A stretch of DNA of 61,128 bases, the filler included, from Globobulimina sp. (taxonomy: Eukaryota), in NCBI GenBank assembly GCA_003354225.1. It is 13 parts of 13 records of this genome, joined end to end, with 100 filler letters (N's around TTAATTAATTAA, not from the genome) between each part and the next. Parts side by side here need not be neighbours in the genome. Positions count along the whole stretch, not along the records: positions 32,985 to 37,593 come from PIVH01001067.1; positions 37,694 to 42,302 come from PIVH01001068.1; positions 42,403 to 47,010 come from PIVH01001069.1; positions 47,111 to 51,717 come from PIVH01001070.1; 9 more parts are not named here. The stretch is one strand, 5' to 3'. Below are positions 36,164-50,100 of the stretch, piece after piece; position 1 is the stretch's first letter; every line of letters begins with the position of its first letter. The notes under the pieces were generated by a model, which made no database searches, had not been told where the DNA came from, and saw only the letters and a program-made list of their open reading frames with translations. A program made the translations under genes and the position numbers.

Positions 36164-37030
36164 TATGCTGTGCAAAATAGTTCAAGTTGTGTGTGCTTTG
36201 TTTGACAACAAACCAGAAACAAGTATTAGATGATCCCAACTATTCCCAAGGCATTACTGAATCATCGCCAGTAACCACTGTACCAGCACCATCGCCCACT
36301 GTTTGTCTAAAGCTATTGTTGAATTAATATCCGCTTTGTATCCAATCTCAAATTACATTCAAAACATTTCAAATTAACCATAGTTTTAAATCCATGGAAA
36401 TCCGATGAAATCATTTCATTCGGCAATACAATCTTTAACTTAGTAATATATTGTCCAATATGCCACAATCTTTGATACACAATAAATAACATTATCAAAT
36501 ATTTTAAACTTTGTTTCAACTGAAAATCTCGTGATATTATTCCCGATGATATAAAGTGAAGTGAGATTACACGACGAATCAAACTCCGTTAAATCCACTA
36601 TTTTATTGCTTGTGCGTGATGCATTGGATGTTGTTTTGAGCTCAATATGTCATCCACTTCTAATATTAGTGACATTCCATTTGGACGATAAGTCGATAAC
36701 TGCATTAAAAGCCATCCCAATCGCATAGATTTGTTACAATATACATTTTAACGACACACAAAGCACACAAAAGCAATGCCAAACAGCATCAATTGCAATT
36801 CAGTCTCCTCAGTCTCCATGTGACACACAAACCGCACCAACACCACACGACCTTAAAAACTGTTTTTTGGAAACACGTTTTGGTAAAATAATATTATTTG
36901 TTTATTTGTTTTTTTTAGCAATTCAAACACACGCAAAAATACAGACAAAGAATTGCCGAACAAATCCTGTATTTATTATGCGAAAAAATAAAATCAAACA
37001 CAAAAAAACATCATAGAAAAGATACCAAAA

Positions 37031-37593
37031 TTAATTTTTTGTTATACGGACAAAAGTCATAATACATAAACAATTTAATTTATTAAATATATCATTTGAA
37101 CATCCAAAATATCCATTATATCCACCTTCTTTTAATACAGCATACTCTTCCCCCATTTCATAGTTTGCTTCTTCAAATACAATACTCCATGAAATGTTAA
37201 TTGATGATACTGTTGATGGTAATTTTTTAATTTTAATTCCATGTCCAGATTTATCAATTTTTTGTGGCTCTGATCTACAAATATCACACACAAATAACAC
37301 ATCGCCAACACCATCATCCAACGCATATTTAAATTGAGGACTTGATAACTTTTCGCCTGTTTTCAATTGTTTAAATTTAAGAAATTGTTGTTTATCAATT
37401 ATCCATTTATATTCATTGATAAATTTGATTTGTGAAATTGGTAAATTCAATGGATTTGAAATAATTTTATTATCATTCTCATTAAAAACAATCAATTTAT
37501 GTCGTAAATCTTTATTTAATTTGTTATATTGTGATCGTATGAGATATATATTGTTACCTTCCTTCATTTTATTGATTAAATTATTGAGCATTT
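37031..37593 (-). CDS. Hypothetical protein C-terminus (MATH-like beta sandwich possible), 5' partial
   Basis: YKWIID...LSSPQF...IKIKKLP. Confidence 0.5.
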
Positions 37594-37808
37594 NNNNNNN
37601 NNNNNNNNNNNNNNNNNNNNNNNNNNNNNNNNNNNNNTTAATTAATTAANNNNNNNNNNNNNNNNNNNNNNNNNNNNNNNNNNNNNNNNNNNNTCTTGCC
37701 ATCAACTCTGAGGCCTGGTCGGGAGTGAGGGAGGTTTTTGGTATTCGGGCGTTGTGCTCACAAAATATTGAAACAAAAATAAAACAGAATATTACATTTG
37801 ACAACAGT

Positions 37809-40686
37809 TTACAAAAACAAATCACTCGACAAGAAATGTCTCAATACTTTGAATGGTTTAAACGATGATAACTGATTGACGTCCTTGTCATAATAATAAT
37901 ATAAGAATGACATGGATAATAATAACGAAGTACCGCCCCCATTTGTACTGCAATGGATTAGTTTAGATTTATTGCGTTTGCCCAGGAAACATTCATCCAC
38001 AATCAAGTCATGTATTTGATAATACTTTGCCTGTTCTACACAATCATGTTGAGGCGCATCAAATATCTTTAAGGTGACATAATTATCACATATTTTGTCC
38101 GAATCGCAATTAAAATCTGTGATTTGTGAGCTCATATCGATCTGTGTATGTGCTGCGCCTTGACAATTATCACTACCATTATACCAATGTTGGATTACAC
38201 TGTGTTTATTCAGCGTACATTGATAAATATAACTCCATTTTTCATCGCCAAATGGTGCAATATTACACACACCAATTCGGGATGCATTACCATTGAAATT
38301 CACCCATTTACAATCTAATACATTATGAGATATTCCAACTGGAGCTGTGGTTGGTTCATTTGTGCTGCGAAACGCGCAATCATTAAATAATCCAATCCAT
38401 ACTGTATCTGCTCCACTGGCGGTAGATACCGATACCGCTGCTCTCATATCCTTATCATCAATAATTGTGGCTAGATTTGTACCAAAGGTCTGCGTACAAT
38501 ATCTATCTGCATCTCGCCATGATTTCATATCTGCGACATACCAATATTCCCTATCAATACGTTCCCACTCACAATCCGGTCTGTCCATTCGCTCACAATC
38601 TTGTGCGCTCATAAAACAATCACACGGTCGAATATCATATGGCAAAGCACAGTCATCGGTGGGTGATGTACTTGGTATATATGACGGTTTGGGTGTGTTG
38701 GATGGCTCATTAGTTGCATATTTGGTGGGTGCTGGTATAGGGTTATTTGTTGGATTATTGGTTAGTGTGGCTGAGTGAGACGGACTTTCCGTCGGATTGG
38801 CAGTAGGCTCACGTGTGGCTGGTATAGCCATAGGGCTCTCTGATGGTTGCTTTGTAGGTTCATATATTGGCAATGCTGTTGGTAATGCGGTGGGTGTTAA
38901 TGTTGGATGTTGAGTTGGATCAGAGGTTGGGCGTTGTGTGGGTGATCTCGTTGGTCTGCTTGTTGGTGATATGGATGGTGGTTCGGTAGGATCTATGGTT
39001 GGATTGTTAGATGGTGAATTTGTTTGATTTGTTGGTGAATGTGTGGGACCACGCGGTGTTATGGGGGATTGTGATGGTGTCAGTGTTGGATTATTTGTCG
39101 GTGCTATATAGAAAGTTTTTTTTTACAGTTTTTGTTTTATCTGAAAAACGTTTTTGTTGTATACCTAGTGATGGGATTTTTGTGGGTTGGTTTGTTGGGT
39201 TTGATGAAGGTTCATGGGTTGGATTTGTTGTTGACGTGGGAGTATTTAAAGGCCGATAGGTTGGATTAACACTAGGTTGGTATGTTGGTGATAGGGTTGG
39301 ATTTGATATTGGTTGATTTGAGGGAGAATTTGTTGGTATTTTTGTTGGATTTGCTGTAGGTAAAATGGATGGATTTTTTGTTGGTGGTGATGTTGGTGAT
39401 ATTGTCGGTTGGTTTGTAGGCGACTCAATCGGTACATTTGTGGGATTACCTGTTGGTGGTATTGTTGGTGATATTGTTGGTATATTTGTAGGATTATTTG
39501 TTGGTGGTATTGTTGGTATATTTGTAGGTGATATTGTTGGTATATTTGTAGGTGAAACACTTGGATTGCTTGTTGGTATATTTGTAGGTGACTCAGTCTG
39601 TATATTTGTAGGATTACTTGTTGGTATATGTGTTGGCGGAACACTTGGATTATTAGTTGGTGATACTGATGGTATATTTGTAGGATTATTTGTTGGTGAT
39701 ATTGTTGGTGTATTGGTAGGCTTATTTGTAGGGGAAACACTTGGATTATTTGTAGGTGATACTGTTGGTATATTTGTTGGATTATTTGTAGGCGACTCAG
39801 TCGGTATATATGTTGGATTATTTGTTGGTGATACTGTTGGTATGTTGGTAGGCTTATTTGTAGGGGAAACACTTGGATTATTAGTTGGTGATTTTGTCGG
39901 TTGGAATGTTGGATTTGGTGTAGGTTGAGGTGTGGGCGGAGATATTGGTGCCGCTGTTCCAACAGTCGGAGCATTCGATGGTTTTTCTGTAGTTGGCCCA
40001 GAAGAGCCTAGTTTTTGTTTTTGTTTTTATTTTAAACGCAGTATAAAAATATAATAAAATATAGTACAATATATACCTGTAATGCTTCTTGGTGTTTGCA
40101 ACAAGTTTCGCGTTTTTGAGATTTTTAACGTGTTAGAAACACTTTTTATATGCCATGATAGTTTGGCTATAATGCGTACAATGTCTGTATGAGTATCAGT
40201 AGGAAGAAATTGATGAATATTATAATTTGATTTAGTTCCACAAGATATTGAATGCTTTGAATATGATATGATTGCCATTGTATTTTCGAGAAACGCAACT
40301 TTTTGTATTGGGCATAATATGTTTTTACTGCTGTTGAATATCACTAAAACTAGATTATCAATGGGTGTTTTTGAAGAATAAATGCTTTTGTACAAGTTTC
40401 TTGTAAATGATACATTATGATATAAAATCTTTATTGTAGAAGAAGTTAATTCTCGTAATTGTTGCTCAAAATATGTATGATGCGGTAATTGGGGATCAAT
40501 TGCGTAAATTAAATTGATGCTGTGGTCAATACTTGTCATACAATGGGTGACTTTCCAATAGCATCCAATATCTGTATTTCGTTCATTACATTGCCATTCA
40601 TTCGTAATTGAATAACATTCACCGTTTGTACAGTCAAAAATAAAAAAAATACAGAATAAAGTCCAAATACAATAAATTATTCGCAT
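37809..40686 (-). CDS. Secreted mucin-like protein with PT repeats and a C-type-lectin-like segment, at least 3 exons
   Basis: Signal peptide at 40686; intron 40076-40008; PTNIPTISPTNNPS repeats; KSWRDADRYC...NLATI...VWIGL. Confidence 0.8.
39365..39910 (-). repeat. 12-bp-period coding tandem repeats (PTxx)
   Basis: GTTGGTATATTTGTAGG-type units repeated. Confidence 0.9.
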
Positions 40687-40767
40687 ATTAATTTCCAGGC
40701 TGTATTAATTATGACTATTATCATTCAAAAACATTTATTAACTCTCCTCAAAAAATCTTTTTAAAGC

Positions 40768-41389
40768 ATGTCGTCGTACACAACAGAAGAGGTACTACTA
40801 TACAAAATACTTGCAATTGAATTGATTACAATCTTTTAATATAATATTAAAGTTGTTGGATATAGATAGTGATCATGATATTGAATCGGGCTCTGATGAA
40901 TTGCATGATATTGCATTGGATGAAGAAGAAGAAGAAGAGAAATACATTGTACTTCCTCACACATGTACACCAGGCATGGATCTAACTGGAGAATTAAATA
41001 ACAGTGAGACTGATGACACTCAACTGACTGAAGGCGATGAAAAATATCCAACATTTACGCAAAGAAATTTTACATTTGGTCAACATGGATCAATTTGGGC
41101 AGACGATATTGCGCCAGCATCCATTCTGTCTTTTTTATTTATGATTTGTTGCCTCATTGCATATATGGGATATTCTATGAGTGAGGGAGGCAATCGCTTT
41201 ATTGCAGGGATTGGAGCTTTCAGCATATGGTCCATTCTTACATTAGTTTTTATCTTTTTTGATAGGAAAAATTCTGAACATAAAACAAATAAACAATTAA
41301 CAATAAAAAATACAAATCAACACAATAATGATGATTATAAACCATATTACAGTGATGATGATGATGGGGATGATAATTTATTGAGATAA
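40768..41389 (+). CDS. Two-TM membrane protein with acidic termini, 1 intron
   Basis: Short exon MSSYTTEE, GT..AG intron, then ORF 40853-41389. Confidence 0.65.
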
Positions 41390-41709
41390 ATTACATTAAA
41401 TCAATTCTATTCTAAATATATTTAATATTTTTCGGATGCATGTTAAATTATTGTTTAATTCCGTACTTGCATTGCTTTTTCGTTGTTGAGTGCAAGGATG
41501 TTTTACGATTTTCTTTCATTTTATCTATGTTTTTACCGGTTGCAATGTGGCGCTCAAAAAAAGATCAAAAGAAATCTTCCAAACAAAACACATCACTAAA
41601 ACATCCAAAATCATTTATTGGAACAATAAACTCTGAACAGGGAAAGTATATGAAAAAAAACAAAACAATGAGTCTAGAAATATAATAAAAATACAAAACA
41701 AAATAAACA

Positions 41710-42297
41710 TTATTCACTTGATTCACACTCACTATCGATGGCTACTTTTGCATATCCCTTTTTATTTTTTCGATACAAAATGAATAAAACCATTGCGAAA
41801 CCACCACAAATACAACAAACTAAAATAGTGCCAATAATTACTTCAACGCGGTAATATTTCGAACTATAGCTATAAACATGCGTATCAGGTGTGATATAGT
41901 GGTCAATAATAGGAGCATCGCCGGCATTCTGATTCCAGATTTTAAACGAACTCATCTTGTCATTGAATGAATCAAAAAATGAGGTGCTCTCACTTATCGT
42001 CTGACTGCTACCGCTGAAACCCGAATGTTCATAGATGGTCACTCTGCAATCTGCACCATTTGACGACCATAATTGCATCGAAGACACCTCGTCATTGAAA
42101 TCAAACCACGTGACATAGGGATCATAGTCAAATTCACCAATGCCAAACTCACTCAATCGACTTGGACGAGGTGTTCCTCCATAATTGGCGTGTTGATAAA
42201 ATCGAACTGCGCAGTCTGAAGGTAAAAGTATGAATATTTGAAGTGCGAAAATGCGTAAAAATCTACACACATACCCATATCCATTTTCGCACCGCAA
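41710..42297 (-). CDS. Beta/gamma-crystallin-domain single-pass membrane protein
   Basis: FYQHANYGG...NDEVSSM and IYEHSGFSG...NDKMSSF Greek-key motifs; C-terminal TM helix. Confidence 0.85.
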   Translation of the reverse strand: MRCENGYGYVCRFLRIFALQIFILLPSDCAVRFYQHANYGGTPRPSRLSEFGIGEFDYDPYVTWFDFNDEVSSMQLWSSNGADCRVTIYEHSGFSGSSQTISESTSFFDSFNDKMSSFKIWNQNAGDAPIIDHYITPDTHVYSYSSKYYRVEVIIGTILVCCICGGFAMVLFILYRKNKKGYAKVAIDSECESSE

Positions 42298-42402
42298 GTA
42301 ACNNNNNNNNNNNNNNNNNNNNNNNNNNNNNNNNNNNNNNNNNNNNTTAATTAATTAANNNNNNNNNNNNNNNNNNNNNNNNNNNNNNNNNNNNNNNNNN
42401 NN

Positions 42403-43919
42403 ATTCCAGCAACAACAGCTAATCCAAGAACCAATGTTAATGATACTGCCTGTAGCCCAGTTAATGGAGCAGCGCTGCCAGCGCCAGTAAAGAAACCAGC
42501 CATACTGTACTGTAGTCGTGAAACTGTCACAGGATCGCAATTCGCACCAATTGCTTGTATTGCATCAGCACTTAAGGCTCCGGACAGTCCCAATGCAGAC
42601 AATATACCCGTTGTCCATGCCATGCCAATACCAAAATAATCAGCAATTCTCTGTGCATTCATAGCTCTGTCTGCACCGCCAGAACGACATGAATTTAGCA
42701 GTAATAACGTATTATGTCTGTAATATTTACCATTTCGCATTTCGTTCCATGTATTTTTAATACCATGTTTGACTGAGCCATATGATGTAGCTTGACAGTG
42801 ATTTTTAAAAATGTCTGATGAAACCCATGTTTTTGGATCATTGACATCCAATGCAAAATAATATTCATCGTCGATTGTCGCCCCATGTCCAGAATAACAA
42901 ATTGTAGTAAATTGATTAATATTTGTTTCATTATCCTTTTCCTCTGAAGGCAACACATCTTTTATTGCGTTTTCAACGCTTTCTTTTGTCACTTGGTCTC
43001 CTTTTAAACAGATAATCTGTGACATGTAATAAATAAAATACTGATTTGTTTGTAAAAATTGATTGCACAATAATTTAACTTTATGAAAGCCCAATTTTTT
43101 GAACATTGTAATTAATTTTTCATCATCATTTAATTTAATTTTGCCATCAGTCATATTTGGGCAAATAATTAATGCTACAAAATATCGTAAACGATGAACA
43201 TATTTCTTTCTGCATTTTGTACAAATATCAAAACCATCGGGATGGATTTTATCCAATTTCTGTTTGGGGCAATGATAAACAGTCTGTTTGGACCTAATTT
43301 TTTCATTACAAATATCACATATTACGCATGAATATTCTGTTTCTAATGTATAGCATTTAGATTCTTTGATTGCTAGCATTTCTGTGCCACATTTACAAAT
43401 CGGTGAACAATCATTATTCATTGCTTTCTGTTTTGAGAAATGTTTTTCATCACAAATATTATATTTAGTAATAAAATCTTGGACAATATTTTCATCAAAT
43501 TCTAACTTCATTTTGTTCTGTATATCGCACATAAGTATAATTTTTATAATGTATCATATATTATACTTAACGCAAAAATTCTGTATTTCGTTTTGTATGT
43601 CGTAGATAACATTTGCATCTTTTTTACAATTTTTTAATCTTTTAACATTTGTTTCAAATTTGTTTAGTAATTTTGCAATATCCCTAATTTTTTGAGCATT
43701 AATAAATTTATTGTCAATTGAATTTAGCTGTTTTTGTAATTGTTTCATTTTAGACTCATTTTTTTGAATTTTTCTTGACACCAAACACATTTCACAATAA
43801 GTAATGTATTCGCTATTATCCATTGAACATAATTTACATTTCCAGGTTGATTCCTTTTTTTCTTCCATAGTGGTCATTATTAGTGGACTTATGTGAGAAT
43901 TATTTGAAAATGCAGTCAC
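42403..43919 (-). CDS. RanBP2 zinc finger + Cys-rich module + caspase-like (C14) domain + hydrophobic helices, spliced, 3' partial
   Basis: WKCKLC...CEMC; in-frame join TGC|GTTAAG...CAG|AAC; YSGHG and LNSCRSGG dyad. Confidence 0.75.
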
Positions 43920-43971
43920 TCGATAACTTCACAAAACTTTACATTACTACAATTATAATATCTAAGTAACA

Positions 43972-46900
43972 ATGTTTGCGACACGAAGAGAATATTTACG
44001 CAAAAGCCAGCGTGATTTAATTAAAGAATGTAAGAAAAACCAGCTACCAATAGATGGGAACAAAATAGATTTAATTAATCGTTTGATGATATTCCAAGAT
44101 CCGAAATATAGTGAATACATTCAATATGAAGACTATAAAAGAAAGAAAAGCAAAAAAAAAAGCAATATATATAATATTAAAAATAAAAATAAAAGTAACA
44201 AACATAGCAGAAGTTATTCAATCGGAGCAACACTAACATCTACAAATAAAACAAAAAAACAAAAAATATCAACATCCACAACCAACTTAAATCCCAAAAT
44301 AATAAAATCCAAAGCACATAACAGAGCAAACAGTCAAGTCTCAGAAATGGACCATATGCATAAAAAAAAGAAACCCAATTTATCACAATATAACGAAATA
44401 TTTCCTGAGTTGAGAATGGACTCTCTATTAAAGCTAAACTCAATCAATTTAAATGAATCCGTAGAAACAGAAACTGACGAAATGCTTTTCATTGAACATA
44501 TGCCATTGAATGAAATCCATAAATTAAAAGTTAATCAACTCATTGATTTTAGGATTGATACCGGCTATATTCATGTTGCAAAAGTAAAGGAAATAAAGAA
44601 AAAAAATAAAAAACATAAAATGTTAATCGAATACAAAAATACAAACAATAATTATATTCAATATGATGTGGACATAAATGATAAAAACCAATTATATCGA
44701 TTTGCTAAATACAAATCTTTATCACACCGCCCTGGACACAGAATGAACGATATATTGATTGGAAATTCAGTCGATATAAATCCCAGACATATTATTAATG
44801 AATGGATGATTGGCGAAGTCGTAGAAAAAGATGATGACTCTGGACAGATATTAATTGAATACAGTCATAACAATAAGTTATATGACTATTGGTTTCATTT
44901 AGATAATACGTTGGAAATTGCGCCATATTTATCGCATTATGAATATATGAAAAATATTGTCGATCATTATCTAGAATATGAAATGAAAGACGATGAGAGC
45001 ACAAGTGATGAGAATGGGAATAAGGTAAAGTTGGATGAATGGGACAATAATGATGTTGTTGATTGGTTTAACAATAAATTTAAAAATAAATATAAATCAT
45101 TTATGGAAGGCATAAAAACATATTGTTTTTACGGCCATGATCTCAAGCAAACCAACCATTTAACTCTACGCATTTTAGGTGTAAACGATGAAAACAGCAG
45201 AAAATTAATTATGGATGAGATTAATAAATTATTTTCGTTGAGAAACGATAAAGAAAAACAATACGGTCAGTGTTTGTTTATATTGTTTTTCGTTTCTCTG
45301 TTTTTGCAGAATTCGTTTATTAAAAACAAAAATATTGTACATAGAATCTGAAATTGCCAAATTGAAGGAAGAAATTGCCGCGTTAAAAATGGACAAAAAT
45401 AAAGATTGTAAATTATCTGAAACAAAACCAAGTAAAAACAAAACAAAATCACCAAACGCCATTCACACAATGCAACCAATAAAAAAAGAGCAAAATAAAA
45501 ATGTGGTCAAAATAAATCCAAATCAACCAATCGAACCAATGCAGCCAATACAACCAATACAAAAAGAGCAGAATAAAAAAACAGTCAAAATAAAGAAAAC
45601 TGTAAATAGAAACGGTGCGGTTAAACCTAATCGAAATACAAAACAGGAAAGTACGGCACAAAAGAATTACTGGACAATGCAATCAATATACAATCCAAAA
45701 CAGAAAAAAACAGCCAAAGCACCATCCAAAACCAGAAAAAAGAAAAATATTTCAACCTCAAAAATTGAAAAGAAAATGAGAGAATTTTTATCTTCGACAG
45801 AGACACCATTATCAGTGGCATTTGTAGGCCATGTCAATTGTGGCAAATCTACACTATGTGGTCGTTTATTATATGAATTAAATATTTTATCAGACACAGA
45901 ATTAAACGATTTGCAAATGGCTGCGCATGGATTAGGAAAAGAGTCATTCACATTCGCATTTTGTATGGATCAATCTAAACAAGAACGGATTAGCGGACTT
46001 ACTGTGAATTATAAATATAAGGCAAAGCACGGTTCATTTAAAACAAAATCGTATTTATATGATATCATTGACGTGCCGGGACATAGAGATTTTATCAAGA
46101 ACGCGATCAAAGGAATATCATTGGCAGATGTTGCTGTTTTAATGGTGCCATACAATAAAGGCAGCTATGAGGCGTCAATGATGAGAGGAAATCATAAAAA
46201 AGGCATATTTGAAGGAAATACCCGGCAACACGCAAAATTATTATATTTGTACGGTGTGCAAAATATTATTGTTTGCGTTAATAAAATAGATTATGAATAT
46301 GAAGAAAAAAGATTCACTGAAATCAAAAAAGAGACACAGGAAATGTTAAAAGAAATTGGATTCAAAACGAATAAGATACCTTTTATACCAATAAGTGCAT
46401 TGCTCGGTGATAATGTGACAAAAAAATCAGAAAATGCGAAGTTGATTGGTTGGTATAAAGGATTTACGTTATATGATGCTTTGGAAAATGTTATAAAAGC
46501 TCCAAAACGTTATTATAATGACCCATTTATGATGCCGATAGCGAAAATATATAAGAATAAATCAGTTATTGTTGGTAAGGTAGAACGAGGTATCATTAAT
46601 GTGAAAAACCAGAAAAAAGTAAGATTTCTACCATCAAATATCACAGCAACCATACAATCGATGCAAACAAATAATAAAAACACGGATGTTGCATTTTGTG
46701 GGTTATCGATTGGTGTTAATATCAAATGTTTGGATATTCCGAAAAGTGGAGAAATTATGGTATTGGATGAATCCAATCAATATAAAGATTTAGCAGTGAA
46801 TATTAAACGTTTTTGTGCTGAAATATCAGTTATTAATCATCCACACAGATTGTATTCGCGCATTGGAAGGAATAATAAACGGAATGGATATATTTCAAGT

Positions 46901-47010
46901 GTTTGTAGTAAGAGTGTAACAGTTCCCGCCGAGATTGTATCTGTAATATGGAAAGTGAGCAAAAAAAGAAAGAATGAAAAAGTTGATTATCCGGATTTTA
47001 TTGAGCAGGG
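43972..47010 (+). CDS. SAP + Tudor-like + SAM + divergent EFL-type translational GTPase fusion (3' partial)
   Basis: Intron 45266-45344 joins the two ORFs in frame; GHVNCGKS, DVPGH, NKID; SFTFAFCMD and GNHKKG...TRQHA are EFL-like signatures. Confidence 0.75.
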
Positions 47011-47110
47011 NNNNNNNNNNNNNNNNNNNNNNNNNNNNNNNNNNNNNNNNNNNNTTAATTAATTAANNNNNNNNNNNNNNNNNNNNNNNNNNNNNNNNNN
47101 NNNNNNNNNN

Positions 47111-50100
47111 TCCCAATCACTCAATGAATGCTCATACATAGCACTCATCACTTTGTTATTATTTTGAATCGGACTCATCACATTTTTCAAGACTTCATTT
47201 GGATTTTCTATCATCCGATGCAATATGGTCCGTTCATTTTGCATTTCATTTTGATTCCAAAACAATGGCGGTTCATCAGATGAAATATTGGAAGATTCAT
47301 TGGTCGACGAATCGTTTGAATCGTTACTATCCGGTGTAGCTAAATAAATATTTAATTTCTCAAACTCATTATCCATACCTTTATCATCATTACCTTTCGT
47401 ACCCATAATCTGAAGATTATTATTATCATTCAACAAATTCTCAATTAAACCTAAATGATCAGAGAATGAATCGTCTGTTAATATCGATGGTTCATTGTCA
47501 TTGTCATTCTCATCCTCATTCTCATTATCCGATGGTTGATCCGTTAATATCTCCAAATCAATAGTTTGATGTTCCATGTTCGTCTTTGTTTTCTTGACTA
47601 AATCCATAATGGCAGTCATTGAATGCTGTGATTCATGTTTGCTAATTAAACGACCATTTTCTGCAGAATTGGCCAATGTGGACCGAATACAACTCAGTGC
47701 AGCCGCAGTCTCTTCATAATTGGACGCATCTGAGGCTCGATGATCCCGTTCATCATCAATAGCCATCAACGGAGGGGATAGCTTCTTATCAATTTGTTGA
47801 TGCTGTTTAATGGCTTCATCACTCGTAATGATCATCTCTTGAATTTGTTCGCGTAGATGCTCATTCTCAGTGGTTACTTGCGGCAAAGTATACTCTAACT
47901 GTTCATTCCTGGAAAGCAACTCTTTATTCTGCTCTTGCAACTCATTAATAACCACATTCAATCGCTTTATGTCACTCTCTAAACCATTTGCTTTGTCCTT
48001 CCATTGCAACATCTCCTTTTCGCATTTCTTAATCTCATCGTCTTTTAAACCAATCATTTGTTCAAATTGTTTGGTTAACGTTTCCATAGCAACAGTGAAC
48101 TTACTATAGCTCTCTTCCTCCTTCTCCTTGTCATTATTTTTTTGCTGTAAGGAAGTTAATTGTATATGTAATGTGTCATTCTGATGCACTGCATTCTGTA
48201 ACGACAACTTACATTCCATCAACTCCTTTTTCTTCGATTCAAGCTCTTTTTTTAGTGCTTTATATTTGCAATGCATTGCATTCATATCCTCATATCCATA
48301 TTGCTCCGACTTCTCTTTATTTAATCTCGTTTCTAATTTGCTTTTCTGTGCAGATATTAATTCTCTCTCATACTCTAATTCCATAGTACTCTCTTCCAAG
48401 TTACGTTGTTGTAATCGCAATAATTTCTTTTCATTTTCCACCGATCTCTCTCTGTCACATAATAATTGCTCCCTATATCGCATCATTATGTCTTCTTGCT
48501 TCAAATCCATTCGTTCCTCGTCGATGGACTGCATCGACTTTATTTCCGATAATAGTTTTAATTTATACTCAGACTCATATTTGCGGATATTTTCTAGCTT
48601 TGCGCGTACGTTTGAAAACACCTTTTCTTCATGCAATCCAACTTGGTGTTTGGCGATCACTTTGGCCCATTTTCGTTGCACGGGCAGGAATTTACGGCGC
48701 TCCTCGCGGATGGCTTGGTAGGTTTTAATTAATTGTTTGTGTAACTTCTCCATATTTTCAATATTATAATGGTGAGAGTGTGTGTCTACGTCTTTTAATA
48801 AGAGCCATGGCGCAGATAACATCTCATCGCGTAATTTGTTCATTTTAATGAGATATTTTTTTCGATCCACTTCTTGTTTTTGGATTAGTTGCCGTTCCAT
48901 CTCACATTTCTCATCACATAGTTTTGAATAAATCTCCATTTTCATGGTGGCGTCTTGCACTTTGGACAGTAAATGGGTTGAGGTTTGATATAAGATTTGC
49001 GCAGTTTTTTGTTTCTTTTCCACCGATTTTTGCGAATCACGAAGTAATTTCTCACGTGTTTCTAATTTGTGGTATTGTATCATGTCATTGGTGGCAAAAT
49101 TCTGATTCAGTAACTGATCACAGGTCAGTTTGTAAACATTGTATTGTTTTTTTAATTTTTTGGTTTGCTCCGCGTAGTCGTGTTTGACTGCCCATAGTTG
49201 GGTTTCTTCTTTTTTTTTACTGTAATAAAATTTCTCTTCGTTTACATTTACAGTGGATAAGATGGTGGACTTCCTAGTTATTGCCAATGGATGCGATTTC
49301 CTCTTTCTTGCAATGCTATTATTACTGCTTGTATTTGATGGCTGTCTTTCAAAATTATTGTTATTGAATGGTAATACAACGCGTGTATTTGAATTTAATT
49401 TATCTGTTTTGCTATCATCTTCCGATGAATTGTTGGTGGTATTGGTATTATTATCGGTTAATTGTTGTTTCTTATTGATGTCAGTTACCTATTTGTTATT
49501 GTTTGTAAATTATTGATACAAATAATATGTATAAACATTGTATAGTATATGCTTAACAATAGATATGCGATCATCATTTAGATAGAACCATTGTGTGCCA
49601 TATGCTTTGTTATTGTATTTAATAACCATTTTTTTATGGGTCATATCCACAATTAAGCCATAACAAATTCCCACTTTGGTTGGGTCATTGATCTCAACCA
49701 ATTGATTTATTTTATATTTTGTTTTTATTCTGATTTTTGTTTTGATTTTTGTTTTTTCACTGAATTTATAATCTTTGCTACGTCTTTTGGTTTTGTTGTA
49801 ATCCAATAATAATTCATTTGAGTTGGAATAATAGCTTATGGAGTTTGTAATAGATTGCCTGTATGAGGAGGAGGATGATTTTTGTTTTTTTAATATTTTT
49901 GAATGTCTCCTATCCGATCTACGATTATTATGGTTCTTATTGATGTGATTTTTATTCTGTGGATGTGGCTGCGAATGTGCTGCAGCAATCGGTGGCTGTT
50001 CATCAATTATATGTGGTGCTATTTTATTTTCGTCATCAGACTCGCTAATCTGACCAAATTCATTAGCAACAATTTCTTGCAGCTCTGATGATGTATTGTT

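Noticed and set aside
39246-39974. ORFs 39246-39974 (-) and 39365-39928 (+)
   Set aside because: Alternative frames of the PT-repeat exon
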